A DNA stretch of 64,000 bases, from sequence record SRR20825019_354, one strand, 5' to 3'. Each line of letters opens with the position of its first letter. The stretch's first letter is position 1. Below, piece after piece: positions 38,045 through 46,758 of this stretch. Both the position numbers and the translations under genes were made by a program. Under the pieces are notes generated by a model. The model searched no databases. It saw nothing but the letters and a program-made list of their open reading frames with translations, and had not been told where the DNA came from.

Positions 38045-39901
38045 TTAATTTAATATTGAAAACTCAATTGCACTATCTCCAAAAACAGAATGTGTTTGTG
38101 TCTTAAAGTCTGAAGCTTTTGCCTCAAAAATATTGTCTACGTAAGTCTGCGGATTTAAGTCAATATAAGGGAACCATGTGCTCTGTACCTGTATTTGTAG
38201 TTTATGACCTTTCTTTATGGTATGGTGTACATCTTGTAGCTTTATAGTAACTGGAGTTTTTTGGTTTGGCACAAACGGTTCCGGTTGCTCAAAACTGTTT
38301 CTAAACCTACCTCTTAACACTTCACTTCTAACCATCATATGGTAATTACTCATCTTAAGGTGGTCTTGTGTTTCTTCTGTATCCTTAGCATCTGCCGGAT
38401 AAACATCTATAACTTTTACAACCCAATCTGCAGCAGTACCTGTTGTTGCCACTTGTAGCTTAGCTAAAATATCTCCTGCAAGTGTCATATCTTCTGTCAT
38501 TACTGGTGTTTCAAATACCAAGACATCTGGTCTTCGCGCTGCAAAGCGCTGATCATCTGTCATATATTTTCTAGGTGTAAATACCATTTTAATATCTTCA
38601 GAATATGGTACTGGCTTATTTACATCACTAATAAACTTAGTTTCCTGAGTTGCTTCTGGCAAGCTGTTTAACTTTTGCGAGCTGCCTAAATACATTGTTT
38701 TTTTAGTAGTATTTTCTGGAGGCCAAGAATCATAAGATTTCCATTCTTTAGTTCCAGAATCATATATTCTCGCTTCACTTAAATTTACGTCGCCTTTACC
38801 ATCATTCTTAAGGAAGTGCTCAAAGAATGGTGTTTCTAAATCTTTTTGGTAGTAGTCTGAAATATTATCTCCAAAATATACATTACCTATTGCTTGGCGT
38901 TCTTTGTTACGCGCCCAATCACCATGACTCCAAGGTCCGAAAACCATTATGTTGAAGTTATCACTCTTGGCTTCAATATTTTTATAGGTTTCATAAGGAC
39001 CATAAAGATCTTCTGCATCAAACAAACCACCTACTGTCATTACAGCTGGTTTAATATCTTTTAAGTGCTGTATGATACCACGAGATTTCCAGAACTCATC
39101 ATAATTAGGATGTTCTTTTAACTGTGTCCAGAACTCATTATCTTCTTTATAGTACTCATCTAAATTACTTAGTGGACCGTTATCTAAAAAGAACTGATAT
39201 TGATCTTGGGTATCTAGTTGTGGGAAATCATACCAAGACTCTGTAGTAGGTTCTGTCTGGTATCCGAATACAGCTGTTGCTCTCCAGTAACTTAATAAAT
39301 AAGCACCGTTATGATGAAAATCATCAAAAAAGAAATCACCTATACAGGCTTGAGGAGAAACCGCTTTTAAAGCTGGATGCGAGTCTAACAATGAATATGT
39401 AGCATAAAAGCCTGGATAAGAAATTCCCCAAGTTCCTACATTCCCGTTATTATTGTCTACATTTTTAACTAACCAATCAATCGTATCATAGGTATCACTT
39501 GATTCGTCTACTTGACCTTTTTTCTTATTAGGTATATAAGCACGCATATTATCATAATCTCCTTCACTCATCCAACGACCACGCACATCTTGGTATACAA
39601 CTATGTAACCATCTTTCATCATATATTCGTTTGGTCCAATTTTAGATTTAAATTGGCCTTCACCATAAGGTCTTGAACTGTATGGAGTACGTTGCATAAT
39701 CATTGGATACTTTTTAGAGGTATCCTTTGGAGAATAAATTGTGGTATGCAGTGTTACACCATCGCGCATAGGTATATCTACCTCTTGCTTGTTGTAATGT
39801 GCAGAAACATCATAAACTGGTTGTGCGCTATCTTGTGCGCAGCTAATTTGAAAGCACGCAAAGCATACTAAAATAAGGGTAACGTAATTTTGAATTTTCA
39901 T
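38045..39901 (-). CDS. CocE/NonD family serine hydrolase
   Basis: PMRDG, RTPY, QDVRGR, GISYPG nucleophile motif, GPWSHG. Confidence 0.9.
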   Translation of the reverse strand: MKIQNYVTLILVCFACFQISCAQDSAQPVYDVSAHYNKQEVDIPMRDGVTLHTTIYSPKDTSKKYPMIMQRTPYSSRPYGEGQFKSKIGPNEYMMKDGYIVVYQDVRGRWMSEGDYDNMRAYIPNKKKGQVDESSDTYDTIDWLVKNVDNNNGNVGTWGISYPGFYATYSLLDSHPALKAVSPQACIGDFFFDDFHHNGAYLLSYWRATAVFGYQTEPTTESWYDFPQLDTQDQYQFFLDNGPLSNLDEYYKEDNEFWTQLKEHPNYDEFWKSRGIIQHLKDIKPAVMTVGGLFDAEDLYGPYETYKNIEAKSDNFNIMVFGPWSHGDWARNKERQAIGNVYFGDNISDYYQKDLETPFFEHFLKNDGKGDVNLSEARIYDSGTKEWKSYDSWPPENTTKKTMYLGSSQKLNSLPEATQETKFISDVNKPVPYSEDIKMVFTPRKYMTDDQRFAARRPDVLVFETPVMTEDMTLAGDILAKLQVATTGTAADWVVKVIDVYPADAKDTEETQDHLKMSNYHMMVRSEVLRGRFRNSFEQPEPFVPNQKTPVTIKLQDVHHTIKKGHKLQIQVQSTWFPYIDLNPQTYVDNIFEAKASDFKTQTHSVFGDSAIEFSILN

Positions 39902-39981
39902 TTGGATAATTTTATCTGCTAAAGATAGAAATTAGCATTACCCTAAACAATTAATGAAACGTTAACATATTAAAGTAGTTT

Positions 39982-40167
39982 TTAAGATTCCATCCACTTA
40001 TCCAGCTGTCGTCTTAAGGAGTTTTTAATTCTTGTTGAAGATTTTCTTAAAGCTTGTCTAACTTTAGTTTTAGGTTCAGGTTGTAATTCTTGTACGTAGT
40101 CTTCTGAAACTAATTTGTACATGCCATTAATAATTTGAAGCCTTTCATTAGGTTGTTGGTAATTCAT
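39982..40167 (-). CDS. Small hypothetical protein (61 aa)
   Basis: ATG-initiated ORF in an intergenic gap, same strand as its neighbours. Confidence 0.5.
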   Translation of the reverse strand: MNYQQPNERLQIINGMYKLVSEDYVQELQPEPKTKVRQALRKSSTRIKNSLRRQLDKWMES

Positions 40168-40334
40168 AGTAAGAGGTAGTTGGTTAAACTACCAACGAAA
40201 TTAGAATACATTACACAGGAGGATCTCAAATAAATGCCAAACATTAGTTAATGAAATGTTATTGTAGCATAATCTTCAATTATAACCTGAATTATAACTT
40301 AATTATGTTGGGGTTTGCCGATTAAGGTATTAAC

Positions 40335-40369
40335 AAAAAAAACGCTTCAAACTTAATTGAAGCGCTTTT
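40335..40369 (-). terminator. Terminator of the csbD-like gene
   Basis: CGCTTCAA...TTGAAGCG with an A-run on the plus strand (U-run on minus). Confidence 0.7.
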
Positions 40370-40399
40370 CTCCTTTTCATAGCAATTTAATATCTTAAA

Positions 40400-40585
40400 T
40401 TACCATTCTGCAATTTCCTTCTTTAATTCTTCTTTTGCTTTACCTGTCTTCTCTTGAAGACGTCCTAGCATCTCGTCGAATTTTCCGTCGGCAAAAGTGG
40501 TATCGTCATCGGTCACTTTACCATATTTTTGTTTAAAATCACCTTTTACTTGATTCCACTTACCTTCTAATTCAGTCTGATTCAT
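40400..40585 (-). CDS. CsbD family stress protein
   Basis: EGKWNQVKG.FKQKYG..TDDD....GKFDEMLGRLQEKTG. Confidence 0.9.
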   Translation of the reverse strand: MNQTELEGKWNQVKGDFKQKYGKVTDDDTTFADGKFDEMLGRLQEKTGKAKEELKKEIAEW

Positions 40586-40690
40586 AATTCAATTTTTGTG
40601 GTTCGTAATACTTCAAATTTAACGATGAAATTGACCTTTTCATCACAATGAATTCCTATTATTTCCTTAACAAAATGTTATTTTTGCCAA

Positions 40691-41782
40691 ATGAAACTTA
40701 AACAAATAGCTTTAATACTTTTAATATCAGTAAGTTACTCTTGCAGTAGCCTAAAAGTAAGTAAGACACCTACCTACAAGGTTAATTATTTAGATGATTA
40801 TATATATCCTAAACAGGTGTTTATTGATGGTAATGAGATAGGTGGCCTGTCTGGAATAGATTATGATGGTAATGCGTATTATTTAATTTGTGACCAACCA
40901 AGAAAGCCAAGGTTTTATGAAGCAAATATTATTTTAAAGGGCACTACAATAGATACCGTTGTTTTTTCTAAACAACATTTTATTAAAGCACCAAAAGCTA
41001 TTAACTCTCAAACTTTAATGGATTTAGAATCTATAAGAAAAGTTGATAATGGATTTATAATTTCCAGTGAAGGCAGCATTACAAATAATAAAACGCCAAT
41101 GGTCTTTTACACAGATAGTACTGGTGCGTTTATAAAATCTGCTTCAATACCAGAATACTTTACTTCTAAAGGTCCTCAAAAACCTAGAAACAATGGAGTA
41201 TTTGAAGGGTTAACTAAAGCACATCTCGGCAAAGGATTTTGGGTAGCCACAGAGCTTCCTTTAGAATTGGATGGCCCAGAACCTAAAATTTTTAATACAA
41301 CTTCTTTAATAAGGTTTACTTTATTTAATGATAATGGTATTGCTATTAAACAATTACCATATAAACTAGAACGCCTTCAGAAATTACCTCTATTACCATT
41401 TGGAGTAAACGGATTAACAGATATGCTACAAATATCTGAAAACCAATTTTTGGTATTGGAACGAAGCTACTCTGCTGGCTATGGTACAAACGGTAATGTG
41501 GTACAATTAATATTAGCTACTAATAATAATGCGACTAATACAATAAGTGATACTATCTTAGAAAAGAATGAACTTACTTATCTTGAAAAAGAATTACTCT
41601 TCAATTTTAAATCTGTAAAAAAACAACTGTCTAAGAAAAGTATAGATAATATTGAAGGTATTACGTTTGGTCCTAAATTGCCGAATGGAAATTTATCGTT
41701 AATTTTAGTGTCAGACAATAATTTTAATAGCTTAGGAGAGCAACTTAATCAATTTATCTTACTAGAGCTTATACCCCAATAA
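40691..41782 (+). CDS. Esterase-like activity of phytase family lipoprotein
   Basis: Lipobox SYSC; GGLSGIDY, NGVFEGL, DNIEGITFGP, LVSDNNF. Confidence 0.85.
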   Translation: MKLKQIALILLISVSYSCSSLKVSKTPTYKVNYLDDYIYPKQVFIDGNEIGGLSGIDYDGNAYYLICDQPRKPRFYEANIILKGTTIDTVVFSKQHFIKAPKAINSQTLMDLESIRKVDNGFIISSEGSITNNKTPMVFYTDSTGAFIKSASIPEYFTSKGPQKPRNNGVFEGLTKAHLGKGFWVATELPLELDGPEPKIFNTTSLIRFTLFNDNGIAIKQLPYKLERLQKLPLLPFGVNGLTDMLQISENQFLVLERSYSAGYGTNGNVVQLILATNNNATNTISDTILEKNELTYLEKELLFNFKSVKKQLSKKSIDNIEGITFGPKLPNGNLSLILVSDNNFNSLGEQLNQFILLELIPQ

Positions 41783-41784
41783 TT

Positions 41785-42288
41785 ATGAAATATTTACTTA
41801 TACTTTTATTAGCAGTTGCTTGCAAAGGACAATCCCATCAATCTGATGATACGGTGTACTATCTTATAAGACACGCAGAAAAAGACAGAAGCAACAGTAA
41901 TAATAGTAATCCACATTTAAATGCAATGGGTAAAGAGCGTGCACAAGAATGGAAAACTAGATTAGAAGACAAAGGCATTAATGCCATATATATTACAGAT
42001 TTTAATAGAACTAGGGAAACTGCAGCACCTTTGGCCACTTACTTAAATTTAGAACCGAAAATTTATAGTGCAACAGATTTATATTCTAAAAATTTTAAAG
42101 CCGAAACTAAAGGACAAACAGTCTTAATAGTTGGTCATAGTAATACAACGCCAGAATTTGTAAATTCAATTTTAAACGATACTACTTATAAAGAGTTAAA
42201 TGACTCTAATAATGGCGCCTTATTTAAGGTCACATTTATTGATGGTAAACCACAAGTAAGCCTACAACAATTTGAAGACGGATTTTAA
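41785..42288 (+). CDS. Histidine phosphatase (phosphoglycerate mutase/SixA-like) lipoprotein
   Basis: RHAEK, RTRETA, VGHSNT. Confidence 0.85.
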   Translation: MKYLLILLLAVACKGQSHQSDDTVYYLIRHAEKDRSNSNNSNPHLNAMGKERAQEWKTRLEDKGINAIYITDFNRTRETAAPLATYLNLEPKIYSATDLYSKNFKAETKGQTVLIVGHSNTTPEFVNSILNDTTYKELNDSNNGALFKVTFIDGKPQVSLQQFEDGF

Positions 42289-42330
42289 TTTTTCAACAAA
42301 AGTTAAAGTTTAAATAAATGTATGATTTTC

Positions 42331-42359
42331 TGTAATTTTTCGGACTCTTTTTCGTCTAA
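42331..42359 (+). promoter_or_regulatory. Candidate ECF sigma promoter
   Basis: TGTAAT-N16-CGTCTAA. Confidence 0.45.
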
Positions 42360-42483
42360 TTATGTAGAGAACCAGTAACATATATTTTACGTAAGTATTG
42401 TTAATCAATCAGTTCAATTAAAAAAATTACTCTAAAGAATATTTAGAAGCTTTGAAAAAGAAAATTAGTTGGTGTTAGTATTT

Positions 42484-42498
42484 TGGCATCATAATTGA
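42484..42498 (+). promoter_or_regulatory. Candidate sigma54 promoter for a tiny RNA
   Basis: TGGCAT-N5-TTGA. Confidence 0.5.
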
Positions 42499-42523
42499 AT
42501 TAATAATTTTGGTTGGTTAGTTA

Positions 42524-42562
42524 GAAAAACCTCGAATCGCTTTATAGCATTCGGGGTTTTTC
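42524..42562 (+). terminator. Orphan intrinsic terminator
   Basis: GAAAAACCTCGAAT...ATTCGGGGTTTTTC, about 235 nt after the nearest upstream stop codon. Confidence 0.75.
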
Positions 42563-42647
42563 GTTTTTAATAGTTTTTTTGCCCTTTAAACACTTCTACT
42601 CTAATACAATATCACATATACAACTGGTAATTAGGTTTTTACATTTT

Positions 42648-42662
42648 TGGCACGCTGATTGT
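42648..42662 (+). promoter_or_regulatory. Candidate sigma54 promoter
   Basis: TGGCAC-GCTGA-TTGT, about 60 nt upstream of the 42723 ATG. Confidence 0.6.
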
Positions 42663-42722
42663 TTATAGATTAACAACTCAGTTAAACAATTTAATTGAGA
42701 TGTAACATTAAAACCCTAAGCT

Positions 42723-43928
42723 ATGAAAAACTTAATGACATTACTTGCGGTATTCTTTATAGGATATACAGCAAGTGCAGACACAGGGAAAGATAGGAGT
42801 ACTACAACGTTTAACTATTATAATGGTGAGAGCTTTATTTTCACAGAAGGTAATGTAGAGTTTTCTGTTTTTCCAGATGGACAATTCGACTTTAGATATA
42901 TAGGCCCACAACAAGGTACACATGTTTCAATTGGTGGTCCAAACGTAAATATTAGTTTTAACGCTGGTTACGATTATGCTCCATATATACAACGTGACGA
43001 TTATGGTGCTGTAATACAGATTGAAGATGTGCCAGTGTATTATGATTACTATGGTAGGATTATTAGAGCAGGAAATATTGTATTAGATTATAACAGATTT
43101 GGACTTGCACAGGTTGGTAACTTATATATTAACTATAACAATTACGGCCGTTATGTAGGCACAAGAGGTTTTATTAATGTATATAACAGACATTATGTTT
43201 ACAGACCTTGGCACCAGTACTATGTAAGACCTGTATTTTCTAACTGTATAGTGTTTACAAGACCTTACAGAGCATATTACAATCCTGTAAGATATAGTTA
43301 TGCTGTTCATTATAACTATTATAGAACTGGATGGTATAAGAAGCATTACAAGTCTAATTATTACAGACCAGGACAGAAAGTGCGTTCTTATAATAGAGGA
43401 CAGCGTTTATCAAGACAACGTGATCTTGCACAATTAAGAAACAGAAGCAATCAATCTTATGCAAGAACTAATACTAGAGTAAGCAGATCTAACCGTGAAG
43501 GTTTATCTAACCAAAACTCTAGAAGTAGAACCGATAGAACCATAATTTCTAGAACAGGAAATACGAGAAGTAATAATGCTGGACGTACTACAACGAACAC
43601 TAGAGGAAACTCTAATGCAACAAGAACACGAAGCAATACAAGCTCAAGAGCTGTAACACCAAGTACGAGAATAAACTCAAGAGTAAAAGCTACTACTAGA
43701 ACTACAACACCTAGAGCTAATCGTACAAATACAACAAGGTCGAGTAATAACAGTGTAAGAGTAAAAAGTAATACGAGTAGAGCGTCTAAAGCTGTAAAGA
43801 GTAATAGAACATCAAGATCTTCAGCAAAAGCAAGAACTTCTACTAACTCTCGAGTTAAAGCTAGTTCTTCAAGAGGATCTTCAAACAACAGAGCCTCTTC
43901 AACAACAACTAGACGAAGAGGAAATTAA
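42723..43928 (+). CDS. Secreted hypothetical protein with Tyr-rich core and long Arg/Ser/Thr/Asn-rich basic tail
   Basis: Signal peptide; FSVFPDGQFDF; low-complexity C-terminal region. Confidence 0.8.
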   Translation: MKNLMTLLAVFFIGYTASADTGKDRSTTTFNYYNGESFIFTEGNVEFSVFPDGQFDFRYIGPQQGTHVSIGGPNVNISFNAGYDYAPYIQRDDYGAVIQIEDVPVYYDYYGRIIRAGNIVLDYNRFGLAQVGNLYINYNNYGRYVGTRGFINVYNRHYVYRPWHQYYVRPVFSNCIVFTRPYRAYYNPVRYSYAVHYNYYRTGWYKKHYKSNYYRPGQKVRSYNRGQRLSRQRDLAQLRNRSNQSYARTNTRVSRSNREGLSNQNSRSRTDRTIISRTGNTRSNNAGRTTTNTRGNSNATRTRSNTSSRAVTPSTRINSRVKATTRTTTPRANRTNTTRSSNNSVRVKSNTSRASKAVKSNRTSRSSAKARTSTNSRVKASSSRGSSNNRASSTTTRRRGN

Positions 43929-43951
43929 AATTTTTGGTTGGTTAGTTTGAC

Positions 43952-44005
43952 AAGCCCTAAAGCAAATAGCTTCCCCAAGCGAATTGCTTTGGGGCTTTTC
44001 TTTTT
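43952..44005. terminator. Terminator hairpin between convergent genes
   Basis: AAGCCCTAAAGCAA...TTGCTTTGGGGCTT followed by a T-rich tail. Confidence 0.75.
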
Positions 44006-44008
44006 ATC

Positions 44009-45463
44009 CTATCGCTTTAAATAAGTATCTATAACTTGAGAAACATCATTAGAGAGTTTCAGCTTCCAAGAAAATCCAATAAATAACAACCCGAGTATTA
44101 CAGATTTTAAAGCAATATTAAGTAGTGGTTGAAAATTGAAATCCCAAAAATAAAAACTAAGTGTAAATAGAGCTATGAGACCTAATGATACCCAAGTTCT
44201 TGATGAAAATGGATGCATCTTAAATTTTTTCCAAACCACAATCAGCTTTACTGTATTATAGGTAAAAAACGCAATAAACGTTGCATAACTAGCACCGTAC
44301 ACACCAAATTTTGGAATAAGTAAAATATTAAGTACTACAGCCATAACAGCACATAGCACTCCTATTGCTAAGACTAACCTATAATAATCTGAATTAAATA
44401 AAATACTGTTATTATTCCCAATAAGATTTTCATACAGCTTAACAATGCCTATTAAAATTACAATTGAGAATCCAATATGGTAATCCTGTGGTATCATCTC
44501 ATACAACTCTCCAACATTACAAATTATAAGTAAGAATATAAGTCCTCCAACTATTAGCAGTGTGTTCGAGCTACGTTGGTATAAATTTTTTAACCCTGCA
44601 TAATCCTTATCATTTAATAATTGTGCCGTAAGAGGATATGTAATTTGATGCATTGCTCTACTTGGGACAGCTATTACAGATGCTATATAAATTGAGATAC
44701 CATATATTGCAACATTTTCAATTGGCAAATAATACTCAATCATCACTTTATCTAAGTCTAACAACATCATAGCAACACTTCCTGCTATGAAAATTAGTGC
44801 CGAATATTTTATAACACGTGATGCATTTTCCGGTAATTTAAATTGAAGTTTAGGCAAGTGCAACTTAAATGCAAATACCATCATCAATAACGTTCTTAAT
44901 ACATATACTGCCGTCATTATATATAAAAACAGCGGAATATCTATGACATTAATATAAAGTAACCCTAATAAGATCATAATGCAGGCTCTATGAAATACTT
45001 CTCGCATTATGTTCCCAAATGTGCTTTTTAAAAATACTTTACTCCAAGAAAAGAAGAGCTCGAAGTAAGCCATAGCAAAGGTTATTACAAAAATGAGCCA
45101 GGCATAAGGTTTTACCAATTCATTTTCTCCATTAAAATAAGACAGTACAAACGAATAGCCAAAATAACCTATTAAACCTAAGACTAAACCCACTAAGAGT
45201 GGTAATACCAAAACAAAACTAAATAGCTTCTCTTTTTCTTCCTGTTTAGAATACGAAGAGTAAAATTTAACCAATGTATTGTGAGTTCCTAAAGCCATTA
45301 ATGGCCAAAACAACATACTCGCAGATAATATAAAAGATACCAAGCCATAATACTCTGGCGTCATGAAATTAGGATATAAAAACAGCACATTAATGGCACC
45401 CAACCCAAAACCTGCATAGGTACTCACTAAATTTTTAAAAGACTGTTTTAAAACAATACCCAT
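44009..45463 (-). CDS. Polysaccharide flippase (Wzx/MOP family)
   Basis: Many TM segments, LDKVMI, C-terminal LLIPKFGVYGA. Confidence 0.85.
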   Translation of the reverse strand: MGIVLKQSFKNLVSTYAGFGLGAINVLFLYPNFMTPEYYGLVSFILSASMLFWPLMALGTHNTLVKFYSSYSKQEEKEKLFSFVLVLPLLVGLVLGLIGYFGYSFVLSYFNGENELVKPYAWLIFVITFAMAYFELFFSWSKVFLKSTFGNIMREVFHRACIMILLGLLYINVIDIPLFLYIMTAVYVLRTLLMMVFAFKLHLPKLQFKLPENASRVIKYSALIFIAGSVAMMLLDLDKVMIEYYLPIENVAIYGISIYIASVIAVPSRAMHQITYPLTAQLLNDKDYAGLKNLYQRSSNTLLIVGGLIFLLIICNVGELYEMIPQDYHIGFSIVILIGIVKLYENLIGNNNSILFNSDYYRLVLAIGVLCAVMAVVLNILLIPKFGVYGASYATFIAFFTYNTVKLIVVWKKFKMHPFSSRTWVSLGLIALFTLSFYFWDFNFQPLLNIALKSVILGLLFIGFSWKLKLSNDVSQVIDTYLKR

Positions 45464-46758
45464 TATGTAGTAACTTTTAAGATAACTTCTGAAAGTTGTT
45501 GCGTTAATTGTTTTCTAGAAAACTGCTCAATATTGGTAGAATTTATATGAAGTATCCCATATTTGTAATCCTGAAATGAATTGAATATATAGTGTTTTAG
45601 AATGTCCTTTTCTTCATAATGAAAGACCTTACCAGAAGTTGTATCATTTATAATCTTAGAAACATCCCAATTTTTTGGACCTATAGCTAATATTGGTCGT
45701 TTAGCTAAAAGATACTCAAATACCTTACCTGCAATTATACCTTTAGTTTCATCAGAATCTATTTCAATTAACAACAAAAGTTGGGCGCTCTGCATTTCTT
45801 TGAACGCACTTTCATGAGTAATATAACCTAGTAAGTTTATATGCTTTTTTAAATTATAGCTTTGTATGGTAGAAAGTAAATCCTCGCTAACTTTGCCAGC
45901 TAATTTAAGCTGAAATGCTTCTGAAAAATCTTTATGTTCTTCAATTAATTCCTGTAATGCCTGCCATAACACATGTGGATTTCTATCAGAGAGCAAAGAA
46001 CCTATGTGCGCTAAAGTAAATTTAGCATCCAAAGCTACTTTTGTATTTAACTTAAAATCTGAAGCATTGTAACCATTTGTAATAACTGAAATTGGTTTTT
46101 CAGTTAGCGCTTCAAATTCTTTTTTTGTTGTAAAGCTAGTAGTTATAATATGATCTGCAGTGTTTAGGACTGAAGCTTCTAATGCCAGATGTTTACGTTT
46201 TGCCCAAGGCATTAGCTTTAGCTTTTTATGATAACCAATTGTTGTCCAAGGATCTCGAAAATCTGCAAGCCAAGTAAGATCCAGCTGTTCTTTAAGTTGC
46301 TTTCCTATAAGATGGAGACTGTGTGGAGGTCCTGTTGTTATAACAGCATTTACAGGATTGTTATTTAAGTATTCTTTTAAATAACATACCGAAGGCTTAA
46401 CCCATGACTTTCGGGCATCTGGAATGAAGAAATTTCCTCGAACAAACAACAAAAACTTTTGTACTAAAGATTGTTTTTTCTCCTTAGGAATTAAGCCAGA
46501 GCTTATTGAAGCTGTATCTTTTTTAGAAAAAAAATTAGCAAATCTATAAGGTTCTGAAATGGGTTGTTTTAAAACCTCAACATCTTTTATTTTAGATTGT
46601 AATGTTTCATCTAGTATTGGATAACTAGGGTTGTCTGGAACATATACTATTGGTTGTATATTAAAATTTGGTAAGTAATTTACAAATTGTAACCAACGTT
46701 GTACGCCAGGACCTCCAGCTGGCGGCCAATAATAAGCTATGATGAGAACTCGCTTCAA
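45463..46758 (-). CDS. Glycosyltransferase family 4
   Basis: YYWPPAGGPGVQR, TTGPPHS, ADFRDPW, GKVFEY. Confidence 0.88.
   Translation of the reverse strand: MKRVLIIAYYWPPAGGPGVQRWLQFVNYLPNFNIQPIVYVPDNPSYPILDETLQSKIKDVEVLKQPISEPYRFANFFSKKDTASISSGLIPKEKKQSLVQKFLLFVRGNFFIPDARKSWVKPSVCYLKEYLNNNPVNAVITTGPPHSLHLIGKQLKEQLDLTWLADFRDPWTTIGYHKKLKLMPWAKRKHLALEASVLNTADHIITTSFTTKKEFEALTEKPISVITNGYNASDFKLNTKVALDAKFTLAHIGSLLSDRNPHVLWQALQELIEEHKDFSEAFQLKLAGKVSEDLLSTIQSYNLKKHINLLGYITHESAFKEMQSAQLLLLIEIDSDETKGIIAGKVFEYLLAKRPILAIGPKNWDVSKIINDTTSGKVFHYEEKDILKHYIFNSFQDYKYGILHINSTNIEQFSRKQLTQQLSEVILKVTT

Noticed and set aside
42322-42378. 18-codon ORF MIFCNFSDSFSSNYVENQ
   Set aside because: Overlaps the putative ECF promoter and has no coding hallmarks.
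43457-43888. 143-aa Leu/Val-rich minus-strand ORF
   Set aside because: Antisense shadow of the R/S/T-rich tail of the 42723 gene.
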